Of a DNA stretch of 64,000 nucleotides, positions 37,309 to 47,109 are shown piece by piece. Location of the stretch: positions 64,001 through 128,000 of the IMG/VR virus record IMGVR_UViG_3300049141_000098. One strand, given 5' to 3'. The notes under the pieces were generated by a model that did no database searches, was not told where the DNA came from, and worked only from the letters and a program-made list of their open reading frames with translations. The stretch comes from a virus. Lineage: Duplodnaviria; Caudoviricetes. The translations under genes and the position numbers were made by a program. Each line of letters begins with the position of its first letter. The first letter of the stretch is position 1.

Positions 37309-37899
37309 TCAGGAACCCGTCACCAGCTCAGGACTGAACGCATCCAGCTTGCCGTCGGTGGCGCGGTGACGCCTCGCGGCAGCCGCCAGTTCCCAGCCTC
37401 GATCCGTCAGGCCGAAGCGGGCCCACGGCATCAGTCGACCTTCGACGTGGCCGGTCAGCAGATCCGCCGGGCTGGGGTCGTACAGGGCATGGCCGTCAGG
37501 ACGCAGGTAAGACTGACCGGTCGGACTGATCGGCGGCATCTCGACGGTCACGAGCCCCGCATCCACCAGGTCCATCAGAGCGTCACCCATGCAGCACCCG
37601 AAGAGTGTGATTGAGCCTCCGTCCGGTGCCTTGAGGCGCAGCCCGTACTGATCGGCGGCGTCTTCCGAGGGCACGGTTTCGTACGGATTCCGCTCAGCCC
37701 ACAGCATCGGCCAGCTCCGGCGCGACAGTGTCAACTGGCTCCAGTCGATACGGCCATGATTGTCGGTGACCCGATTCTCGACGTACACGAGGAGCGACCA
37801 GTGGTCCCTCCCCCAGCGATCCATCGATATCGGAGTGCGCCCGACCCGGTCGCGCCACTGCGGCGCACCGCTGAAGATTTTGTCCAGCACGAAGGACAT
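37309..37899 (-). CDS. hypothetical protein
   Basis: 196 aa; WGRDHWSLLVYVE motif. Confidence 0.65.
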   Translation of the reverse strand: MSFVLDKIFSGAPQWRDRVGRTPISMDRWGRDHWSLLVYVENRVTDNHGRIDWSQLTLSRRSWPMLWAERNPYETVPSEDAADQYGLRLKAPDGGSITLFGCCMGDALMDLVDAGLVTVEMPPISPTGQSYLRPDGHALYDPSPADLLTGHVEGRLMPWARFGLTDRGWELAAAARRHRATDGKLDAFSPELVTGS

Positions 37900-37931
37900 C
37901 GCAGTTCCCCCACTCAGTTTTCGGATTCCCC

Positions 37932-38468
37932 TCAACCCGAGAGCTGATCATCTACCGCTCGCGCGACATCTATCAGATGTCCGAAGATAAAGCACGCGAA
38001 GTCGTCGCAGGTGTCTCGGTTGTGACTTCTGATCAGCTCTGGATAATCCTTGCTCATGGCGGCGATATGCGCCAGCGCACGGGACAGTGCCCGTGCGGCA
38101 TCCGGCCCGAGAACCCCCGCCAGGTCACCGGCTTCCCCGCCCATGCCGTTCAGCATGCCGTCGCGGTACGCCGTCGCAGCCGGATAGCACCGGTAGTACT
38201 CGCTCTCGCGCAGATCTCGGGACACTGCATCGGCGCGGGAGGCCAGCGCCTGAGAAGCCCGCCTTGCCGCCTCAGCGTTCTCCGCCGCGTCGTTCTCGAA
38301 GACCACCCCGTGGTGATCGGCTTCGTGGATGGAGATCTCGGTGTTCATCTCAGCCACGTCGATCGTCTGACGGCCGAAGTTCTTCACGATGCCCCGCGTT
38401 CCACCCTTGCCGCAGGTGCGGCACAGGAGGAGCTGGCCAGCCACCTCGTAGCGGCTCAGGTCAGCCAC
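37932..38468 (-). CDS. hypothetical protein
   Basis: 178 aa, CxxC near the N-terminus. Confidence 0.6.
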   Translation of the reverse strand: MADLSRYEVAGQLLLCRTCGKGGTRGIVKNFGRQTIDVAEMNTEISIHEADHHGVVFENDAAENAEAARRASQALASRADAVSRDLRESEYYRCYPAATAYRDGMLNGMGGEAGDLAGVLGPDAARALSRALAHIAAMSKDYPELIRSHNRDTCDDFACFIFGHLIDVARAVDDQLSG

Positions 38469-38847
38469 AGGGGGCCTCCGTAGGCATGCGAACCTGGACT
38501 TCCCAGTACGTGTAGCCGGGGTTCCAGCCGATGCTCGGGATCCCCCTCTTCCAGCATGACTCGACTGTCACGGGGACATCGTCCAGCGCGATCAGACCGT
38601 CGATGATGAAGGTGACGGCCGGATCATCCTGCGTCACGCACTCGGCCAGAAGGGGCACTTGGACTGCCGATCCGTCTGGATATGTCACGGAGTACACGAA
38701 ATGGATCTGATCTGCGTGCCAGTCAAGGGCACCTTCGCCTCGCCACCCGAACACTCCGTGCAGTTCTTCCGGAATCTGCTTCAGGATCCACTCGGGCGGC
38801 ATCGGGAACCGGCTCCGCATCGGCAGGTCAAGACTGGTCATCCGCAT
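38461..38847 (-). CDS. hypothetical protein
   Basis: 128 aa, coupled to neighbours. Confidence 0.55.
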   Translation of the reverse strand: MRMTSLDLPMRSRFPMPPEWILKQIPEELHGVFGWRGEGALDWHADQIHFVYSVTYPDGSAVQVPLLAECVTQDDPAVTFIIDGLIALDDVPVTVESCWKRGIPSIGWNPGYTYWEVQVRMPTEAPCG

Positions 38848-39181
38848 CCCTCTCATCGTGCGCCGAGCAGTTGTGTGCGCATCCCGCACACATGCAGCGA
38901 CAGATGTTCGGCTTCGTCTCGTAACCGGGACACCGGCCTTCGGCGATGCGGGCGGCGGCTTCGCCCCAGTAGCAAATGTCATGCCAGTCATGGGACTGAG
39001 ATGCCTCGTCCAAGATCATCTCGCGTCGGTCATTGACCTTCTCGTAGATGTCGCAACACACCAGTTCGGCTCGGATGCGGAAGGCGATCCCAGTCTGAAG
39101 CTCATCCGGGTTCTCTCCAGCCGAAGGGTGAGAGTCGTGATGAGCCAGGGTGTTCAGCCAACGATCGATAGGGCGCCTCAC
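38828..39181 (-). CDS. hypothetical Cys-rich protein
   Basis: 117 aa with C-terminal CRCMCAGCAHNC. Confidence 0.55.
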   Translation of the reverse strand: MRRPIDRWLNTLAHHDSHPSAGENPDELQTGIAFRIRAELVCCDIYEKVNDRREMILDEASQSHDWHDICYWGEAAARIAEGRCPGYETKPNICRCMCAGCAHNCSAHDERDADDQS

Positions 39182-39729
39182 TTCTCATCCTCCTGAGATG
39201 TGGTGCCGTTCTTCTTGGTCAACAACCGGATGCCATCACCCTTGTCACGCGGAATCAGATGAAGATGAAGATGCATGACCTCCTGGCCCGCTTCCGTGCC
39301 GCACGTACTGAGGACGTTCATCGCGCGCAGCGAGAATCGCATCAGCTCGGCTGCCCGGCGCGCCGTAAGGGCAAAGACCTCGGGATCCTCCCTGAAGTCC
39401 TGGACATGCACCTTCGGGACGATCAGCGCATGCCCCTCGGTCACCGGACTGAGCGGCGTGAAGGCCACGGCGTCGGGCCAGAAGTCCGGTCGGACGATCC
39501 ACTCGACCGGCGCGTCTCCGGCGATGATGTCGCAGAACACACAGGGCTTCGAAGCGAGCGGTTCCATGAACGAAATCTCGGCCTCGCACCCCTGACACAT
39601 GGCGGACCCCAAGTTGAGGAAGTCTCCCGGGTAGAACGGAATGGCTGGGCGGTTCAGCTCCCACCAGCACGTCAGGCAGAACCAGTTGTCGTCGAGAGTC
39701 CGGTAGGCGACCGGCTTCTCGGGCTTCAC
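39178..39729 (-). CDS. HIT-family hydrolase with extra N-terminal Zn-finger
   Basis: CVFCDII, PVTEGHALIVPKVH and QEVMHLHLHLIPR (HxHxH triad). Confidence 0.88.
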   Translation of the reverse strand: MKPEKPVAYRTLDDNWFCLTCWWELNRPAIPFYPGDFLNLGSAMCQGCEAEISFMEPLASKPCVFCDIIAGDAPVEWIVRPDFWPDAVAFTPLSPVTEGHALIVPKVHVQDFREDPEVFALTARRAAELMRFSLRAMNVLSTCGTEAGQEVMHLHLHLIPRDKGDGIRLLTKKNGTTSQEDEK

Positions 39730-39980
39730 GTGCCGTCCACCCCGCAGCCGGGGCAAACCAGGTTCTGGCCGTCGTTGATCCAGGTCCACTGGGTCTCATC
39801 GGCCCGCAGGCAGTTCTCTGGAAGGTACGGCCACGGCTCGCCACTCGGATTCGCGATGACCTCACGGCCCGGTACTGGGAGATGCCCGTACCCGAGCATC
39901 GCACGGACCTCGGAGCTGGGGATGTCCTTGATGGCCACCCGCTGAAAGTTGTACTCGACGATCTCGTTCGGATTGATCAC
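39726..39980 (-). CDS. hypothetical protein
   Basis: 84 aa ending in LVCPGCGVDGT. Confidence 0.55.
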   Translation of the reverse strand: MINPNEIVEYNFQRVAIKDIPSSEVRAMLGYGHLPVPGREVIANPSGEPWPYLPENCLRADETQWTWINDGQNLVCPGCGVDGT

Positions 39981-40959
39981 GGCCCGCCGTCCCCTTGATC
40001 GGAAAAGGGTTCTCAACTGACACCCTTTTCCCTCCTTTCCGTGAACACAATTCTATCACGGGGAGGTTGAGGGTTCGGGGAGCTTTTCAGGGCACACACT
40101 CCCTCACCCCGATACGTGACCGGCGCGAGGGAGTGTGTGCCGAAGCGCATCCGCCCGACAGAGAAGTCGCGGCGGCACCACCGGCGTGGAACCGGCCGCA
40201 TCGAAGCCGCTGCGAGCGCCCGCTCCTCCCCGGCGACTTCAACAATAGCCTAGGCCACCCGAGTTGAAGTCCGGAATCACGAACTGAACGGCCAAGAGTC
40301 CCCGGCGGTACGGCACAGGTACACGCGCGAGGCATGCACCGGAATCCCGGGAAACGACGATGCCATCGACGCCTTCCAGGCACCCATGGCGGCCTCTGCT
40401 GCCGCATCCTCCGCAGCGGCCTGCGCGGTGTTCTCGGACAACGGGAACTGCGCGTCGAGGTTGGTCTCCACCGTACCGCCGGACTCGTCGTACAGCCACA
40501 GCGAGTACTTCACCGCGTACGCACCAGAAGGAACAGACACCACTACCCCCGCAAATCGGATAGATACGCCAGCTTCTGACGCATCGCCAGCACGTCGTCG
40601 ATCACGTCTCGCCCGGCAGTGAGAGCCGCAGACCGATATCGGGGCAAGCCACCACCCTGCCGTCCGGCCGACCACCGGCCCGCAAGATGCGGCCGAAGGT
40701 TGACAAGATCATTTCAGCGTAGCGGTGTCCTCCTCCGAGCACGGCGCGCAGCGTCGGGCTCCTAAGAAGCTAAGCCATCGCGGAGCGATGGCGAAACCGC
40801 AGAGGAGGCTGACTGTTGGCACGCGCGGGAGGGCGGGGCCGCAGCCCACCGGTACCCACCGTCGGGGCGCGCCTGATGACGAGACGTGTACAGGCTCGCT
40901 GCGGCGGCGCCCGTACAACAGGAGGATTCTTACCTTTCTTGCGTCGGGGGATACTTCAT

Positions 40960-41260
40960 CCACGCAGGTCAGGGGTTTGCCGAGCGTGCACAGATGTGAA
41001 ACGGGGTTGCACCTGGAGCGTCGAAGGGTTTTACATCTGTGTACCTGGGTTGCACTTTAAAGTGAAGGGTGATTGGGCATAAAACGGGACGTGTTGCCTT
41101 CCCCAAGAACCCTGCCAAAAGGGACGTATAGCACTCGCAGGCCAGCGTTGCGGAACGTGTGAGTCCGCTTCGTTGGGGGTAATCGCAACGGACAGACCCA
41201 TGCACTTGACTGAGCGGATCGTCGCCAACCTGCACCGAAAATAGGTGCGTTGTGTTAGCG
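40960..41260. other. candidate replication origin or regulatory region
   Basis: Lower-GC noncoding stretch with an inverted repeat (40988-41002/41028-41042) and GGGTTGCAC direct repeats (41004, 41047), just upstream of the replication operon. Confidence 0.4.
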
Positions 41261-41285
41261 TTATTTGCACGGAAAGGAGACGCTC

Positions 41286-41675
41286 ATGGGTGGATACCTC
41301 GGAAACACCATCAGCATCGAGCGGATGGGCGAGTTCCGCGATGCCTGCGCTGCGACCTCTGTCTCAGACTGGGTGGTGATGCTCGACCTCCCGCCGCAGG
41401 CCCTCGTTCTCTACATGCGGATGTGCCATCTGGCCGGGGTTGAGGACGCACAGCGAGTTCGTGTGACGCTGACCCACGATGAGGCGAACACGCTCTCTGG
41501 GGGCGATGGAGAAGCTGCGCTGAACGACCTGCTCACCGTGGGTGCTGTCACGAAGGTGGCGACCTACAGGAGCGGCAAGGCGCGCTACGAGATCCAGGAC
41601 TTCCCGCCGCACATCAGGGCGACGCTGAGCGAATACCGCCAGGCCGGGGGGCTGCCGGTCGTCTCGCTCGGCTGA
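41286..41675 (+). CDS. wHTH protein, initiator N-domain paralogue
   Basis: DWVVMLDLPPQALVLYMRM..ALNDLLTVGAV. Confidence 0.65.
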   Translation: MGGYLGNTISIERMGEFRDACAATSVSDWVVMLDLPPQALVLYMRMCHLAGVEDAQRVRVTLTHDEANTLSGGDGEAALNDLLTVGAVTKVATYRSGKARYEIQDFPPHIRATLSEYRQAGGLPVVSLG

Positions 41676-41747
41676 ACAAAAAGCAAGGGGCCCCGCTGGC
41701 ACGGGACCCCTCAATCACAACGAACTCATTAGGGATGGTACGAAGTC

Positions 41748-42761
41748 ATGGGCGAGAAGGCAACGTTTCACCTCGGTGATGACTGGGTGGCCCTGTTGGA
41801 GCTGAAGCCCGCAGCGCGCACCGTCTACGGGATTCTTCGGTGCAACGCAGCCTTCGGACGGGCTGGCGTGGCCACCCACACGGTGCATGTGACCAGCTCA
41901 TGGTTCACGGAGATGACGCAGCACTGGAAGAGTCCACTCACGCCGCCAACCGTCCGGCGCGGCCTGAACGAGCTGATCGAGAAGGGCGTGCTGCTGCGGC
42001 TGAACGACCCTCAGGACGGCTCCGGCTTCGTCCTCGCCTTCGTTACCGATCCCGGCCAGCAGTACGACGGCCCCGTCAACGGCTTCGAGCATGCGAAGAA
42101 GGTCTCCAAGAGGTGCGGCACCCGGGCGTACTACGTGCGACGGGATGAGGTTCCGGGGATTCCGTCGGTGACTGGCGTGCGCCGGGACAAGGGCCGGAGC
42201 CGCAAGGTTCCCGCCCCTGCCCCCCGGCAGAGCATCGGCGCCGATGAACCGGACTTCGAGGAAGCAGACTTCAATGAATTCGACGATCCGGACTTCGGCA
42301 TGGAACCCCCGCAGGGGGGCGACGGTCCTGCCGAGGTGAAGCTGGACCCCCTGGATGCCGAAGCGGAGGCGCTCGCCGAGGCCCTGGAACGCAAGACGGC
42401 GCGGTTGAACGTGACTGGTCATCGCCTGACGCGGGATCAGTGTCGCATCGTGGCTCGTGAATGCGCTCCAGCTCTTGCACTGGGATGGGACCCGGCTGCG
42501 CTGGCGCAGCGTATGGTCAGCCAGATGGGCCCGAAGATCCACAGTCCACTCCTGTTCCTGCCGAAGAAGGCGGTGGAACTGGGCGCCCCTCCGGTGTCGC
42601 AGCCGTTCCCTGTCCAGACCCGCCGCGAGGTGCCCAAGCCGGAGCAGCCCGCCGCCCCCACGCCGGAGGAGGCTGCCAGCGGCGTGGCCGGACCCGGCAT
42701 GCAGAAGCTCCACGAGTTCCTGACTGGACGTCGTGCCAAGAATCCGGGGAACAAGGACTGA
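41748..42761 (+). CDS. phage replication initiator (wHTH N-domain, acidic linker, helical C-domain)
   Basis: DWVALLELKPAARTVYGIL..TVRRGLNELIEKG; directly upstream of dnaB. Confidence 0.7.
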   Translation: MGEKATFHLGDDWVALLELKPAARTVYGILRCNAAFGRAGVATHTVHVTSSWFTEMTQHWKSPLTPPTVRRGLNELIEKGVLLRLNDPQDGSGFVLAFVTDPGQQYDGPVNGFEHAKKVSKRCGTRAYYVRRDEVPGIPSVTGVRRDKGRSRKVPAPAPRQSIGADEPDFEEADFNEFDDPDFGMEPPQGGDGPAEVKLDPLDAEAEALAEALERKTARLNVTGHRLTRDQCRIVARECAPALALGWDPAALAQRMVSQMGPKIHSPLLFLPKKAVELGAPPVSQPFPVQTRREVPKPEQPAAPTPEEAASGVAGPGMQKLHEFLTGRRAKNPGNKD

Positions 42762-42787
42762 CACTGGCCTAGGCCATGCGGTAGTGT
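42758..42787 (+). promoter_or_regulatory. promoter of dnaB with GGCCTAGGCC in the spacer
   Basis: CTGACA-18 bp-TAGTGT; motif at 42766-42775. Confidence 0.65.
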
Positions 42788-42849
42788 CGATGGCGCCGCC
42801 CTCAACACTGAAGCGGTTGCCTTGAGTTGAACCAAAGCTGGGAGATGAA

Positions 42850-44256
42850 GTGCAAGAGGCCACCAGCATCCTGGACGCACTGGTCAACCGGAAGGCCGAG
42901 CGCGAGGTCCTCGGTGCTCTCATCGTCTCGGAAGGACACGATCTCGACTGTCGTGATGGAGTACTGAACGCGCTCATCGGCTACGACGACAAGGTGTTCA
43001 CCACTGCTGCGCACAAGGTGATCTACACGGCCATCCGGGCGCAGCATCTGGAGAACCAGCCCACGGATGTTACCGGTGTCGCGTCAAAGCTTCGCGAGAT
43101 GGGCGAGCTGACCACTGAGACCTCTGAGTTGCTCTACAGCATGATGTCCGAGGCAGCCTACCCGGCTAACGCGGAAGACACCGCTCTTGGCATCCTCGGG
43201 CTGTATCAGCGTCGGGAGCTGGGGCGCGTCCTCTCCGAGTGTTCGAAGGATGTGCTGGTCGGGCCCGGCTCCTACGAGGAGATCGCGGCCGACGTCTCGA
43301 TGTCGGTGTCTGCCGTCGTGGACCAGTCGGTCAAGGAAGAGAGCATCATCGACGGCGCGACGGGTCTCGGAGAGACTGTCGGCCAGCTACTCGGATGGAC
43401 CGAAACGCCTCCGAAGGGACTGTCCACCGGGTTCGCCCGGCTGGACGAAATCACTGGCGGCCTGCGCCGGAAGCAGATGTGGATCTGCGCGGGGCGCCCC
43501 GGCCAGGGAAAGACCGTTCTGGGAATCCAGATAGCCCGGCACGTGGTGCGCTTCGAGGGTGTCTCGGTGCTCGTCATCTCGATGGAGATGCCGAAGGCTG
43601 AGCTGTTCAGCCGGGTCATCTCCTCCGAGTGCAACATCCGCCACAAGAAGGTGATGTCCGGCGCGCTCACCAAGGAGGAGCAGCAGAGGGTCGTCGAGCA
43701 CTGGGAAGCGGAGGGGAGGCGGCAGGAGGAGGGTGGCGCCGTCTTCATCGTGGACGACGAGGGCCCGCAGAAGGTCGGGGAGATCTTCCTCAAGGCCCGC
43801 AAGGCGATCAGGGAGCACAACGTCGGCCTCGTGGTCGTCGACTACATCCAGGAGGGGAAGGCAGACCGCCCGACCTTCAACAACACCGAAGAAGTCACTG
43901 AGGTCTCCAAGGGACTCCGGGCCCTGGCCCGCAAGCTGAACATCCCCGTCCTCGCACTGGCCCAGCTCAACCGCGCCGTTTCTGACCGGGCGGACAGCCG
44001 TCCCCGTATCAGTGACCTCAAGCAGAGCGGTCAGATCGAGCAGGACGGCAACGTGATCGTCCTCATCGACAACCCGTCCGCGTCGGACAACAACAACGAA
44101 GGCGTCGACAACTCGGCGGTCTTGATCGTCGGCAAGAACAGGAACGGCAAGAACAACGTCGATGTCGACGTTGAGTTCGACGGTGATTTTGCCCGATTTA
44201 TCGATGGCGAGGCGATCGCAAACCTTGCACAAACCGGTGGGGTGACCGGTTTGTAA
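42850..44256 (+). CDS. dnaB: replicative DNA helicase
   Basis: EREVLGAL N-domain, GRPGQGKT, SMEM, VVDYIQ, LAQLNRA, DLKQSGQIEQD and GKNRNG. Confidence 0.95.
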   Translation: MQEATSILDALVNRKAEREVLGALIVSEGHDLDCRDGVLNALIGYDDKVFTTAAHKVIYTAIRAQHLENQPTDVTGVASKLREMGELTTETSELLYSMMSEAAYPANAEDTALGILGLYQRRELGRVLSECSKDVLVGPGSYEEIAADVSMSVSAVVDQSVKEESIIDGATGLGETVGQLLGWTETPPKGLSTGFARLDEITGGLRRKQMWICAGRPGQGKTVLGIQIARHVVRFEGVSVLVISMEMPKAELFSRVISSECNIRHKKVMSGALTKEEQQRVVEHWEAEGRRQEEGGAVFIVDDEGPQKVGEIFLKARKAIREHNVGLVVVDYIQEGKADRPTFNNTEEVTEVSKGLRALARKLNIPVLALAQLNRAVSDRADSRPRISDLKQSGQIEQDGNVIVLIDNPSASDNNNEGVDNSAVLIVGKNRNGKNNVDVDVEFDGDFARFIDGEAIANLAQTGGVTGL

Positions 44257-44281
44257 ACGATTCGGAAGGGTGGGGTGAGCG

Positions 44282-44725
44282 GTGATTGCAGGGGATTTTC
44301 TGACGGTTGACGACCTTGGTCCACTGGGAAGGCTCGTCGATCCCGGCGAGTTGAGGGTCCTGGAACCGAGGGATATCGAGGAAGTCCGGCGGGAGCGGGC
44401 CTGGGTTGGCGAGAAGTACACGGAGGCCGCCCGGCGCGCGGACGCCTACCGCAGACGCATCCGCCGAGGCGGCCTGCTCGGGGAACATGCCGATGAGCTG
44501 CGCGAATGCTTCAGGGCGTGGACCATCGAGGCGGCCAAGCTGTCGCTTTGCGGCCGATGGCTCGCTAGTATCGAACACATGCTCGACAAGGGTGAACAGC
44601 AGGTCATGAAGACCCCCCAGGGCTTCGTGTGGGGTTCGATACCACAAGTGACGGAAGTTGTTCAACGGGTGATCAAAGCCACGGATGATGAGATAATCGG
44701 TGGCGTTGTCTTTCGGGCCAGATAG
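44282..44725 (+). CDS. hypothetical protein
   Basis: 147 aa, co-oriented in the replication operon. Confidence 0.55.
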   Translation: MIAGDFLTVDDLGPLGRLVDPGELRVLEPRDIEEVRRERAWVGEKYTEAARRADAYRRRIRRGGLLGEHADELRECFRAWTIEAAKLSLCGRWLASIEHMLDKGEQQVMKTPQGFVWGSIPQVTEVVQRVIKATDDEIIGGVVFRAR

Positions 44726-44885
44726 GTTCGGTTGCGCATGGCCGGGTGTCTGTCGTGAGACGGATTGCCTGGCCTCTTTTCACCCTTTCGAGGGACGGAT
44801 GGAGGGCGATTTTCGGGGGATGGGGAGTCATCAGGACGTGTCTTCTGGCCAAGCCCGATACGGCCCGTAGCGCTGGTAGTGCAAG

Positions 44886-44917
44886 TGGCCCAGGCCATGT
44901 AGTAGCCTGGCCTGGGC
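44886..44917 (+). promoter_or_regulatory. two variant operator copies flanking -10 TAGCCT
   Basis: TGGCCCAGGCCA-TGTAG-TAGCC-TGGCCTGGGC; the arms form a perfect 10-bp inverted repeat. Confidence 0.5.
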
Positions 44918-44959
44918 GGGAGTTGATGATCGAGTCCCGCCTTCGGAAAGGGTGAAGAG

Positions 44960-45523
44960 ATGAAGATCGTCATGGGGCCCATCACGAGGATGCGCCCTGG
45001 GTGGGGCCTGGAGAAGGGCAAGATGGCCGTCCTCGTCACGAACGACTCGGGCGGGCGGCCGGAGGTACTGGCTGCACAGATCCTGTTCGGCGCAGCCATG
45101 CAGGGGGCCCGGGTTCTGATGCTTCTTCCGCTCGATCGGGAGACTGACGGAACCTGGGAAGCGATGATCAACCTCATGGCCGACGGCAACGCCAAGTTGG
45201 CAGCACAGGCACTGCGAAGCCTCCCGATCTCGCTCCACGCCTGCGGCACCGGCTGGGAAAAAGTTGGCCGAGCCGATCTGGTGTTTGCTCCCGGCCTCAA
45301 TTCACAGGAGATGCGACGGCTGAGCGCACGTACCGAAGCACCGATTCTCGCTGTCGGCAGCGAGTTTGACTGCCAATCACCGAACCGGCCCGTCGAGGTC
45401 ATTCGCGTGGGCGGCGACACCCTCCTGCTCGATTCGGAGGGGTTTGAGATTCCAGTCGTTTACGACCCGAGTGGACCCATCTACAGGGTCCGGCATGATG
45501 AGCCTTGCAGCGCCCTGTCATGA
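44960..45523 (+). CDS. degenerate DnaB/RecA-like domain (no Walker A Lys)
   Basis: GLEKGKMAVLVTNDSGGRPEVLAAQIL...GARVLML aligns by eye to GLRRKQMWICAGRPGQGKTVLGIQIA...GVSVLVI of the neighbouring DnaB. Confidence 0.45.
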   Translation: MKIVMGPITRMRPGWGLEKGKMAVLVTNDSGGRPEVLAAQILFGAAMQGARVLMLLPLDRETDGTWEAMINLMADGNAKLAAQALRSLPISLHACGTGWEKVGRADLVFAPGLNSQEMRRLSARTEAPILAVGSEFDCQSPNRPVEVIRVGGDTLLLDSEGFEIPVVYDPSGPIYRVRHDEPCSALS

Positions 45524-45555
45524 ACGAGGCGTAGGCGTCTGGCGGTGAGGAAGGT

Positions 45556-47109
45556 GTGGGGATGACCCAAGGGTCAGGGCTTCGGAACGTTCTTGCTGCA
45601 TTGGACAAGAAGGGGTCTCGCGTGACCCCGCGCGGGGGGTATTACGTCGCCCAGTGCCCTGCCCATGACGATCGGATGGCTTCTCTCAGCGTCTCCCAGG
45701 GGGAGAGCAAGGCGATCCTCAACTGCCACGCGGGTTGCTCCTACGAGGATGTCCGCATCGCTCTCGATCTGCCGAAAACTGCCACCTTCGACAATGAAGG
45801 CAAGGGGAACCGGGGCGGGGGGCTCGCGGCCGACCTGTGGATGCCCTGCCAGGCGAAGAAGAGGGAGTCGGGCGACCCCGAGCCCTGCTCGGGGCACAAG
45901 GCGGCCGAGTACCGGTACACCGACGAGGACGGCAACCTGCTCTATGCGGTAGCCCGCTGCTCCCGCAAGGGCGACGGATGTCCCCAGCCCTTCGCTCAGT
46001 GGGTCCCCGACTCCTCGAAGAGGTTCGGCAAGAGGTGGGGGCTGCCGAGCGGAGTCCGCCGTGTTCTGTACGACCTGCCCCGCGTTATCCAGGCAGCGAA
46101 GGCTGGAAAGCGCATCTGGCTCTTGGAGGGCGAGAAGGACGTCGAGCGGATGAAGGCCGACTTCCCCGACGAAGTCGCCACCACCGCGATGTCCGGCGCA
46201 GGGAAGAGCAAGTGGCGCATGGAGTACACCCGGTGCTTCATGGGGGCCTCCGAACTCATCATCGTCGCCGACTGTGACAAGCCGGGCTTGGAGTATGCCG
46301 AAGAGATCCACAGTCACGCGAGCAAGGTCGTCGAGCGGGTCAAGGTCGTGTGCACGCCCCTCATGGAGGACGGCGCCGACTTCAGCGACCACCGCAACTA
46401 CGGCTTTGGGCTGGACGAGTTCGAGATCGTGCCGTTCGAGGCGATTGAGTATCGCCCCCGGATGGTCATCGAAGTCGAAGAACACCACCGGGCAGAACCG
46501 ATCCTCTTCTCAGGGTTCGACCAGGCGAAACTGGAAGGCGCCCTACTGGGGTCGATGGTCAAGTACGGCCTGCACTACGACATCAGTGAGGCAGACGTCC
46601 GCTCCAGCGACAGGCTGCGCATCGCGGTCAGCGCGATCAGCAAGATCGCCTCCCGGGGTGGGGTCATCACCCCGGAGACCGTGGCCGTCGAGGTCGAGAA
46701 TATGGGCCAAGGGGCGTACGAGCCGGTCCTCGCGTTCCTGCTGGGGCTGGAGCGGAGCGCCTTCAGTGATACCGAGAAGCCGAAGAAGGCTGCCCGGATC
46801 CTGCGCGGCCGGAGCATAAGGGAAGGCGTCGTGCTCGCCTGCCGAGTCATCGAGAGCCACGCCCAGAACGAACGCTGGGAGATCGATCAGGTACTGACCC
46901 AGATGCGCAACATGGCCGACCGCAACATGGAGGAGTACGCCAAGCTGGCCTACTCCGGCAGTTCCAGCCCGGCCGAGGACGCGTTCACGGGGGACATCGT
47001 CGAAGAGGTTGCGCGCGAAGAGGGCATTGCTACGAATTCCACCACGGGTATCGTGCGCGAGCTGCGCCCTGCGGTGGCGCGACGTGAGACGGTGGTGCGA
47101 AGCGGCTGA
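45556..47109 (+). CDS. DNA primase (CHC2-type Zn finger + TOPRIM) with DnaB-N-like C-terminus
   Basis: AQCPAHDD..SLSV..LNCHAGC, EYRYTDEDG, VLYDLP, LEGEKDVE and IVADCDKPG motifs. Confidence 0.88.
   Translation: MGMTQGSGLRNVLAALDKKGSRVTPRGGYYVAQCPAHDDRMASLSVSQGESKAILNCHAGCSYEDVRIALDLPKTATFDNEGKGNRGGGLAADLWMPCQAKKRESGDPEPCSGHKAAEYRYTDEDGNLLYAVARCSRKGDGCPQPFAQWVPDSSKRFGKRWGLPSGVRRVLYDLPRVIQAAKAGKRIWLLEGEKDVERMKADFPDEVATTAMSGAGKSKWRMEYTRCFMGASELIIVADCDKPGLEYAEEIHSHASKVVERVKVVCTPLMEDGADFSDHRNYGFGLDEFEIVPFEAIEYRPRMVIEVEEHHRAEPILFSGFDQAKLEGALLGSMVKYGLHYDISEADVRSSDRLRIAVSAISKIASRGGVITPETVAVEVENMGQGAYEPVLAFLLGLERSAFSDTEKPKKAARILRGRSIREGVVLACRVIESHAQNERWEIDQVLTQMRNMADRNMEEYAKLAYSGSSSPAEDAFTGDIVEEVAREEGIATNSTTGIVRELRPAVARRETVVRSG

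Noticed and set aside
42240-42310. GGACTTC repeats inside the initiator gene as lambda-O-like iterons
   Set aside because: Short, irregularly spaced and explained by repeated (P/A)DF codons.
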